DNA of 64,000 bases from Mobula hypostoma (Eukaryota): positions 33,976,001-34,040,000 of the forward strand of contig NC_086106.1 of NCBI RefSeq assembly GCF_963921235.1. Direction: 5' to 3'. Below are positions 49,537-59,229 of this stretch, piece after piece. The notes beneath the pieces were generated by a model. That model had not been told where the DNA came from. It worked only from the letters and a program-made list of their open reading frames with translations, and made no database searches. The position numbers were made by a program, and so were the translations under genes. Position 1 is the first letter of the stretch. Each line of letters starts with the position of its first letter.

Positions 49537-49808
49537 GTCATCAGCACAGCAAAAATACGTGGCTGTGTCTTCAACAATTAGGTTCCTGATCTGCAGGGAA
49601 AAGGACTTTGTTGTGCGGTTGACTGATTCCGCATATCGTCCTCCAACAGACAGCCTATCCCAATCCGATTGACTCGGTCTTTGGATGAACCATGCTGTGC
49701 AATTCAGGCTATGGGCAGCATCTTTTAAAACACAGTTGATGGTCAGAGTTTCGCCTGGTTGTTTTATTGCTTCTCTTGGTGTCTGTTCAACCAATATACT
49801 GAAGGCAT
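49537..49808 (-). CDS. IgNAR: IgNAR V exon (VNAR), germline and unrearranged
   Basis: tttccttcag|AT...; ILVEQTPREAIKQPGETLTINC22...W36...GGRYAESVNRTTKSFSLQIRNLIVEDTATYFC83C. The short FR2-CDR2 region and C22/W36/C83 spacing are VNAR hallmarks. Confidence 0.95.
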
Positions 49809-49936
49809 CTGAAGGAAAGAAAACATGTTTAATCATCGCATACCTGAAGCAGCACAGGATTTAATATAAAATGAAATTTGTGGAAACAACGGCAATATAG
49901 TAAACATTATTCTCTTTAAAACTAAACTGTACTTAC

Positions 49937-49979
49937 TTGGCAACCAGGTTAAAAATAACGAAACACATAAAATGTTCAT
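49937..49979 (-). CDS. IgNAR: IgNAR leader exon (MNILCVSLFLTWLP-N, 43 nt)
   Basis: ATG at 49979-49977, donor A|gtaagt, 128-nt intron; spliced leader MNILCVSLFLTWLPNAFS resembles shark IgNAR leaders (MNIFLLSVLLA.LP.VF.). Confidence 0.9.
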
Positions 49980-50069
49980 CGTTCCTTCACAACCTGAAAG
50001 CCTGCTATACAGAGAAGGTTCCAGACATCAGCGCAGGCTGTCTGTGCAACCTTGTGGCGAAGCAAAGTC

Positions 50070-50103
50070 TTTATAAGCCTCGAGAGTCTGGCCTCATTTG
50101 CAT
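50070..50103 (-). promoter_or_regulatory. IgNAR promoter: octamer ATGCAAAT (50096-50103) and TATAAA (50070-50075)
   Basis: Exact motifs in IgH-type orientation, 20 nt apart, ~90-125 nt upstream of the ATG. Confidence 0.8.
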
Positions 50104-51011
50104 AATGCTGAATGACTGCTCATTCACTACGATTGTAGCTTGGATTATGATATGCATTATATCCCATAATTACATTGGTAAAATATATGACGCATTAACG
50201 TGAATGTATGGATAGAAACTTAGAGAAAGATCTTCATTGCTTCCTCCCATCGTACTGAACGTATTTCTCTTTGCTCTGTTATATGGAGAGAGCTTCGCAA
50301 AAATACGTTAGAAGTCTAAAGGTCATTATAACACAGAAAATACTCTGAAACCAATTCGTTCAACACCACGAATAACAAAGGAGTACTCTTCTTGATGCAG
50401 ACAAACTGAATACATCCCTGTCTCCCTATCTTGCTTCCTCTATTCACCATTGGTAGTCAACATGAATCTGATACCAGACGTAGTAACAAAATCTGAGTCG
50501 AAGTTTATTTTCATTTGTGGTTTCGAGACTTCGCATGTAACGTGCGTGGATAGTAACGAAGCAACACGCAAGGTATTGGAAGAACTCGACCAAACAGAAA
50601 GCATTACAATGAAAAAACTCCGATCTGGCTAATTTAGGGGAGTAATCCGAGTCATTTCTGATCAGAGGACAGAAAGGAAATGGACTGAGGGACGAAAATC
50701 CCATCAGTTTGTTCATTGTGAAGGGATTTGTCAAATTCGAACAACGTGGCAAACTACGAACCATATTCCATAATGATATCAAAGGGAGAAGAAGATGGGC
50801 AATGAATATGATAAATGATCAACTTCTGAGGGTAGCCGATACGCATATAATACATAATTTTAATGGAATATATAACTTATAAGGAAGAGTGGATAGCGGC
50901 AGACGTGGCAAATTTAGTCAAGAAGATAAAGAATACATGCTGAAGGTTTAGGGAGATAAAATCGAACGGTGATACTGAAAAAAATATAATTAATCGAGAA
51001 CAGTCTCAATA

Positions 51012-51153
51012 NNNNNNNNNNNNNNNNNNNNNNNNNNNNNNNNNNNNNNNNNNNNNNNNNNNNNNNNNNNNNNNNNNNNNNNNNNNNNNNNNNNNNNNNN
51101 NNNNNNNNNNNNNNNNNNNNNNNNNNNNNNNNNNNNNNNNNNNNNNNNNNNNN
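51012..51153. other. Assembly gap (142 N)
   Basis: Direct reading. Confidence 1.
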
Positions 51154-51229
51154 ACATACCTCAAGAAACAAAGATAACTCGGCAGAGGATAGAACCATTC
51201 ACGGATAAAGTAGGATGCATGCTTTTGGA

Positions 51230-54200
51230 ACCGGAAACAACAGGAATTCTGCAGATGCTGGAAATTCAAGCAACACACATCAAAGTTGCTCGTGAACGCA
51301 GCAGGCCAGGCAGCATCTCCAGGAAGAGGTATAGTCGACGTTTCAGGCCGACACCCTTCGTCAGGACTAACTGAAGGAAGTGTTAGTAAGAGATTTGAAA
51401 GTGGGAGGGGGAGGGCGAGATCCAAAATGATAGGAGAAGACAGGAGGGGGAGGGATGGAGTCAAGAGCTGGACAGGTGATTGGCAAAGGGGATACGGGAG
51501 GATCATGGGACAGGAGGTCCGGGAAGAAAGACAAGTGGGGGGGGGGGGACCCAGAGGATGGGCAAGGGGTATAGTCAGAGGGACAAAGGGAGAAAAAGGA
51601 GAGTGAGAGAAAGAATGTGTGTATAAAAGTAAATAACAGATGGGGTACAAGGGGAGGTGGGGCATTAGCAGAAGTTAGAGAAGTCGATGTTCATCCCATC
51701 AGGTTGGAGGCTACCCAGACGGAATATAAGGTGTTGTTCCTCCAACCTGAGTGTGGTTTCATCTTTGCAGTAGAGCAGGCCGTGGATAGACATGTCAGAA
51801 TGGGAATGGGATGTGGAATTAATATGTGTGGCCACTGGGAGATCTGCGACTCCAGCCTTGAACTCCAGGCCGGGTCTTTATGTGCTGCTATTCTGACTCC
51901 CGTCTCCCCTTCCCCCACCAATACTCTGCAATCCCGTCTCCTTCCGATCCCATCGTCAGCTCCTGGGTCCTCAGAGGCTCCATCTTCCTCTCACCCCAAC
52001 CCTCCCCTCTCCATTGACACCCCCAGCCTCCCCACTCCCCCCTCTGATCCCAGCTCTCATCCGTGCCGGTTCTTTACCATCCCCTCCGACCTTCAACTGT
52101 CGGAGGCAGAACGCTCTGTCCTCAGTAAAGGACTCACCTTTGTCCCCCTTCGCCCACACCTCAGCGAGTTCCGTGTTCGCCACGATGCGGAACTCTTCTT
52201 CCGCCGTCTCCGTCTCCGAGCCTACTTCTTCGGCAGGGACTCTTCCACCGCCACCGATGACCCCTTCTCCCGTCTTCAACCCTCCTTTTCTTCATGGACA
52301 CCCCGCTCTGGTCTTCTGCCTGCTCTGGATCTCTTTATCGCTAACTGCCGACGGGACATCAACCGTCTCGACTTCACCGCACCTTGTCCCCATTCCAACC
52401 TCACTCCTTCGAAACGCTCTGCTCTCCACTCCCTCCGTACTAATCCTAACCTTATTATTAAACCCGCCGATAAGGGGGGTGCTGTTGTCGTCTGGCGAAC
52501 TAACCTCTCGCTTGCCGAGGGAGCGACAACTCGCGGATACCTCCTCTTCTTTACCCCTCGATCGTGACCCCACTAAGGAGCACCAGGCCATTGTCTCCCA
52601 CACCATCACCGACTTTATCCGCTCAGGGGATCTCCCATTCACTCCTACCAAACTTATAGTTCCCACACCTCGCACTTCCCGTTTCTACCTCCTTTCCAAG
52701 ATCCACAAACCTGCCTGTCCTGGCAAACCTATTGTCTTAGCTTGCTCCTGCCACACCGAACTCGTTTCTGCATACCTCGACACGGTTTTATCCCCCCTTA
52801 TTCAATCCCTTCCTACCTATGTTCGTGACACTTCTCACGCTCTTAAACGTTTCGATGATTTTAAGTTTCCTGGCCCCCACCGGTTTATTTTCACCATGGA
52901 TGTCCAGTCCCGATATACTTCCATCCCCCATCAGGAAGGTCTCAAAGCTCTCCGCTTCTTTTTGGATTCCAGAGCTAATCACTTCCCCTCTACCACCACT
53001 CTGCTCGATCTAGCGGAATTAGTCCTTACTCTTAATAATTTCTCCTTTGGCTCCTCCCACTTCCTCCAAACTAAAGGTGTAGCTATGGGCACACGTATGG
53101 GTCCTAGCTATGCCTGCCATTTTGTTGGCTTTGTGGAACAATCTATGTTCCGTGCCTGTTCTGGTATCTGTCCCCCACTTTTCCTCCGCTACATCAACGA
53201 CTGCATTGGCGGTGCTTCCTGCACGCACGCTGAGCTCGTTGACTTTATTAACTTTGCCTCCAACTTTCACCCTGCCCTCAAGTTTACCTGGTCCATTTCC
53301 GACACCTCCCTTCCCTTTCTAGATCTTTCTGTCTCTGTCTGTGGAGACAGCTTATCCACTAATGTCTACTATAAGCCTACTGCCTCTCACAGCTATCTGG
53401 ATTATTCCTCTTCTCACCCTGTCTCTTGCAAAAATGCCATCCCCTTCTCGCAATTCCTCCGTCTCCGCCGCATCTGCTCTCAGGATGAGGCTTTTCATTC
53501 CAGGACGAGGGAGATGACTTCCTTTTTTAAAGAAAGGGGCTTCCCTTCCTCCACTATCAACTCTGCTCTCAAACGCATCTCCCCCATTTCATGTACATCT
53601 GCTCTCACTCCATCCTCCCGCCACCCCACTAGGAATAGAGTTCCCCTGGTTCTCACCTACCACCCCACCAGGCTCCGGGTCTAACATATTATTCTCCGTA
53701 ACTTCCGCCACCTCCAACGGGATCCCACCACTAAGCACATCTTTCCCTCCCCCCCTCTCTCTGCATTCCGCAGGGATCGCTCCCTACACAACTCCCTTGT
53801 CCATTCGTCCCCCCCATCCCTCCCCACTGATCTCCCTCCTGGCACTTATCCGTGTAAGTGGAACAAGTGCTACACATGCCCTTACACTTCCTCCCTTACC
53901 ACCATTCAGGGCCCCAAACAGTCCTTCCAGGTGAGGCGACACTTCACCTGTGAGTCGGCTGGGGTGATATACTGCGTCCGGTGCTTCCGATGTGGCTTTC
54001 TATATATTGGCTAGACCCGACGCAGACTGGGAGACCGCTTTGCTGAACACCTGCGCTCTGTCCGCCAGAGAAAGCAGGATCTCCCAATGGCCAGACATTT
54101 TAATTCCACATCCCATTCCCATTCTGACATGTCTATCCACGGCCTCCTCTACTGTAAAGATTAAGCTACACTCAGGTTGGAAGAACTACACCTTATATTC

Positions 54201-54647
54201 CGTCTCGGTAGCCTCCAAGTTGATGGCATGAACATCGACTTCTCTAACTTCCGCTAATGCTCCACCTCCCCCTTGTACCCTATCTGTTATTTATATTTAT
54301 ACACACATTCTTTCTCTCACTCTCCTTTTTCTCCCTTTGTCCCTCTGACTATACACCTTACCCATCCTCTGGGTTCCCTCCCCGTTGTCTTTCTCCCCGG
54401 ACCTCCTGTCCCATGATCCTCTCGTATCCCCTTTACCAATCACCTGTCCAGCTCTTGGCTCCATCCCTCCCCCTCCTGTCTTCTCCAATCATTTTGTATC
54501 TCCCCCTCCCCTTCTCCCTTTAAAATCTCTTACTAACTCTTCTTTCAGTTAGTCCTGACGAAGGGTGTCGACCTGAAACGTCGACTGTACCTCTTCCTAG
54601 AGATGCTGCCTGGCCTGCTGCGTTCACCAGCAACTTTGATGTGTGTA
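51230..54647 (+). mobile_element. Penelope-like retroelement (RT + GIY-YIG) with inverted pseudo-LTRs and 13-bp TSD
   Basis: IIKPADKGGAVVVW, FTMDVQSRYTSIPH, GVAMGTRMGPSYA and FLRYINDC (ORFs 51617-52567, 52014-53684); GIY-YIG region VIYCVRC..C..LYIG at ~53960-54060. 51230-51847 is the reverse complement of ~54074-54646. Direct repeat gcatgcttttgga at 51217-51229 and 54648-54660. Frameshifts and stops present. Confidence 0.9.
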
Positions 54648-55669
54648 GCATGCTTTTGGAGAGCGATTATTAACGTGCAGTCCTAAAGTTTACTTTGCAT
54701 ATGTTATTACCAAGGGGAGAGAATTAGAGGGTAGTGAGAGCAGAGTGGAGCGTGCTCATGTGGCAGGACATTTCAAGATTAGGAATGTCTTTAAAATCAT
54801 TCGTCTTGAAGTGTTTGCAGGGGCTATTGAAGTATTCTAGAGGAAGGCGAGAACGGTGATTGCTGGCGCCATGATCAACATATTTGTACAAGTTCAACCT
54901 GAAGTTCGTTTATTGTCATTTGAGTGTACATATATACAGCGAAACGAAACAACGTGCCTCCTGGACGACGGTGCATCCACACAACATATACCACACACAC
55001 ACAAAACACCAAAGTATACTATAAATATTTTAGTAAAATATAATTCAAAATGTATGTAGTAATGCGGAGCGCACATAAGTAGTAAACAGTACAGTAAGCA
55101 GTCCGCTGTCCTAGAGACGATACATAGGTGTTGGTTGGGTATTCATTATTCTCACACCCTGAGGGAACAAGCTTTTTTTTGGTGGGGGCGGGTGTGTTGT
55201 TCCTTTATTCAGGAATGGAAATGGCGTTAATCTGGAAATAATAGATTGGTGGATCTTATTGTCAGTGGCAGGGAAACTGATGTTGAGGATTCTTAGAAAT
55301 AGAATTTATGAGCATTTGGAAAAGCATAGCTTAGTTAGGGATAATCAGCATAGCTTTGTGCGAGGCAGGTCATCACTTGTATCAGTATTAAAGTTTTCAA
55401 GAAGGTGATGGAGATGATTGATAAAGGTAGAAAGGTAGAATATGTCTGCGTTGGTTTTAGGGAGATATGCGAGAACGCAACTCATGGGAGACTCGTACAG
55501 AGGATTAAGAAGCATGCTATCCATGGTGACTTGGCAATTAGATTCATGACTGTGTTACCTACCGAAGACAGACTGCAGTAGTTGATTGATGGTTCTGCTT
55601 GCAAGTACGTCACTAATGTTGTTCCGTACCAGAACCTCCGACGTTAGTGATGATATATATATTTAGTCC

Positions 55670-58347
55670 ATGATGACGGACGAAAAAAAAAGCTCGTTAA
55701 GCTTGTTTAATTCAACAGCCGATTTTATTGGGACAAGCACAAGAACTGATCTATGACCCGCGGAGAAACCCACTCAGTCACATGCAGACGGGGAGGTGAT
55801 TATTACATACCCTGGTTACAGTCACTGTGACCCACAAACACACATGCAAATATCTGTAAGACCCGAGCTAGTGTCAGCCGGACCCGGTTCGGGACGACTG
55901 GTTTCGGCCACTCAGGCAACCGCTCTCGGTATACCACATCGGAGATGCTGTCGAGCAGCTCTCCCGGCCCCTGCTAATGGATTACAAACTTGGGGAAGGG
56001 TTTCTTCTTCCGGCTGCGGTAGTAGACCCATACCGGGGCCTCCACTTAGTACTGCTGCATTGGCGCCCGAGACTGACTCCGGCTCGTTCTGGGACGTGCA
56101 AGCATCTTTGCATTGAACGAACAGCTCCACGTCCTGCCAGTCCACGGGCCAACAGAAGCGTTCGCGCAACTTGCCCAACGTCTTTGCGACCCCGAAGCGG
56201 CCTGCCCCAACAGCCCGTGCACGGACTGTAACACCGTGGCCACCGCCAGAGCAGCAGCCCGTCTCGCTTCTCCGGCGTGCCCACTGAGAGAATAGGGCTT
56301 TAATTTCTGGATCTAGGGCGGAGACCTCTGCCCACTCCGGACATCGCCCCTGCTCAGCAATCGCTTAACTCGGACCAGCAGAGGATCGCTCACCTGCTCG
56401 CTGTGGAGGGTCGCGGTGAGACCGTGGTGCTTTGTGCTGACCCCGCCGGGTCCGCTTTCCGAAGGTGTCCTGCCGGAGGACCACGGCTTCGGCGCCGAAG
56501 TAGAGCATTGCCCCCAGTACATCCACGCGCCCCCAGGCCCCCGCGCCCCCAGCGTGACAGCAGGCCCAGGTCAATGAGGCAGGACTCCCGGATCTCAGCC
56601 ATACTCACCTCGTATTCTGCTGTGTTTTCCCCACTGCGATGCACAGCCACCTCTTCCCTCTCAGCGCCGCACAGTTGCCAGTAATCGTAGCCCGCTGGAC
56701 CGGCGTGGTTGTCGACCCAGGCAGGGTGGATGGGCGGTGTTGTGAAGAAACCCGGATAGGTAATGGTGAAGATTGACATCATGTCCACCAACGCAAGATC
56801 TTTGATGCCCTCTACCGCGCAGTCCACGCAAAAGCCTTGTTCTTCCCCCAAACGTCCCACCCGGAGAGGCGACAACCGCAGAATTCTGCTGGAGGTGTGG
56901 AGCGGCGCCGGCTGGCTGCGCTGGGCTATGGCGTGGCGCTGCTGCGGAGCAATCTCAGGCCATATGGCTTGCCTCGCCATACCGATAGCAGAGACCACTC
57001 CGCGGCACGCCATGGGGCCTGCGCGGTGCTGGTCGGAACTGTGTCACGGGCTCCTCTTCGTCAGTTTCCTCCTCCAACTCGGTGACATAAGCCCAGCATC
57101 GCGGCGTTCCGGGTGACACTAGAATGCTTTGGGGGAGTGAAGTTGCTTCGCCCTTCTGCCTCTGCCAGCGATGATGGTGATGTCAGGGTGACATGCTGCC
57201 GAAGACACTCTGGTTTGAGCGCTTTTTCAAAGGCGTGGAGGGCAAGTTCTTCTTGGACCGCGGAAAGGAACTGGGGTTGGCCATGACGAACATAATGGCG
57301 GAGATCTGCTGCGACCGCCCTCCAGGCTTTCTCCTACACGGAGCCACCTGCTGCCCAGTTCTTCTCTCATTGCTTCCTCCAATGGCCTCTACCTGAAACG
57401 CAGCTCCTGCGCCGCTTGGATAGCCCTATAGTCATGCTGCTCAGCCGGCGTTAGGTCGAGCAGGACCCCCGGGGCGTCCCCTTCCGGTGCCAGGACAAGG
57501 TCCACCGCCGTTCTGGTGGGGCTCCACATTGTGCCATGCGGCAAGTTTGCCGCATCAGGTAAGGCTCCAGGCGGCTGGTAGCATTCTATTTGAGGAGTTT
57601 AGGGAGGACGATGCACCGTGAAAACTGAGGCCTGTTAGTCTTCCTCTTCCTCCAGCGGTGTCGGTGGTACCTGCTATATTGCCCGACCTCCCATTGCTGC
57701 GTTATCGTGGGTCCCCCGGTGCGGTCCAAGAGGGAGGTGGGGAATGTGCTCCGCTATGCCCCCGGGTTCGGGAGCTTGGGTACGCTCGCCCCACCGGGTT
57801 CCTGGGGATGGCATAATGCTCAGTTCCTAGGTCCTCCGGGTCGGCGTCCCATCTTCTGGAGCCCAGCCCGGAGTAGCGGGGTAGTCATACTGCTCAGTCC
57901 CTTGGCTTATTCCCCGGGTTTTAAGGCATTCCATCCGATGTCGTAGCTCTTCAATCTCGCCGTGAATTTCTAATCCCACTCCTGATCCCAATGTGGCGAG
58001 CATTCGGTGACAGACGAGAACAGCTCCTTTAACTCATCAGCCGTCTTTATTGCAACAAGCACAAAAACAGACTGGCCTGTATGACCCGAGGAGAGAACCA
58101 CTCAGTCACATACTGATGGTGGAGGTCATTATTATATACCCTAGTTACAGTCAATGTGATCCACAAACAAATATACGAGTAACTGTACAACCCAAGTTAA
58201 AATGTAACAGTAAATGAACTTGAACATCCCACCATAATCCCACGAAACAAGAACAATAAATAGCGCTGGCCACTAGGAATGCTGGGGCGGGTTGTCGACC
58301 AGGCCCACTCCGCGCAACCCCCACCCCCTAACTCCCGGAGCCCTACA
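55670..58347 (-). mobile_element. Internally deleted Gypsy LTR retrotransposon (5' LTR 57992-58347, tRNA-Leu-like PBS 57972-57990, gag/protease and integrase-Zn fragments, partial 3' LTR ~55670-55860)
   Basis: TG...CA LTR; minus-strand PBS TGGGATCAGGAGTGGGATT; protease-like CAVEGIKDLALVD; integrase H2C2 segment FGVAKTLGKLRERFCWP..WQDVELFVQCKDAC; LTR text repeated at ~55720-55860. Confidence 0.75.
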
Positions 58348-59229
58348 ATAGATATTCATTTTCAAGTACATTTGTTATCAAAGAATGTAGAAATTACACG
58401 TCCTTCAGATGTACTTGCTTCCCGGTAGCCACAGATCAAGAAATCTGAAAGAATACAATTTATAGTAAAAAGAATAACAATAAAAAAAAATAAGAGACCA
58501 AGCAACACACACAAAATGTTGGCGAACTCAGCAGGCCAGGTCGCATTAGTGGACAAGAAGTACACAGTCGATACTTGGGGCCCGGACCCTTCATCAAGAC
58601 TTTTTTTGTGTATTGCTTGGAATTCCAGCATCTGCAGGTTTTCTCTTATTAACGAAAGACTCGATGCACAAGAGAATGACAAAAATAGACGGCATGCAAA
58701 CAATTGAACCGATTAACAGCATTCCAAACCAAAAATGAGTCCTCAGATCCGAACCCCGGAGTACCCCGGAGTAGACCCGAAGCTTCGCTGATCCATTCAT
58801 CTTATTAGCGGGCACGGAGCACAGCAGCCGGAGCAGTCTTTATAGTCTCAGCGCTATTGAGATGACCATCGTTGAGACCGAGCGAAATCGGCTCTCGTCC
58901 CGACCGATACCCTATCTTGTCAGTCTTTCTGGGCCAAGGTTTAAATTGACCCAACGACGGAACAGCGAAAGGCTCTGGCACCCTGGAGAGTGGACTGAAC
59001 ATCGCGGAGAGCGAGTGAAACCGGCTCTCGCCTGCAATGTGAGTCGGCGTTTTAATTCTACTTCGCACTGGGACCCAGATACCGTTGACCTGGAAGGTCC
59101 TGGGACATGAGCACGCTGCCCAGCGACTCGCTGCGGCCCTGATTTCGTCGCCCAGCCCGAAGCCGCTCTTAAGTTCTTCAAGCACGCTCAGCCTTTCCTC
59201 TGCCTTCTCCGTGATGGCAAACTAGCACA

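Noticed and set aside
49495-49836. Alternative reading as NAR-TCR or TCR V
   Set aside because: The downstream constant exons match IgNAR C1-C3 and there is no second supporting V.
49809-49910. Alternative leader/ORF start (MIKHVFFPS, or MFTILPLF... with gtatgc donor)
   Set aside because: It would need a 35-nt intron and is not a good signal peptide; the 49937-49979 exon gives a canonical IgNAR leader.
58700-59210. GC-rich segment with ORF 58805-59185
   Set aside because: No recognisable domain; it lies between TE fragments and is probably an unclassified repeat.
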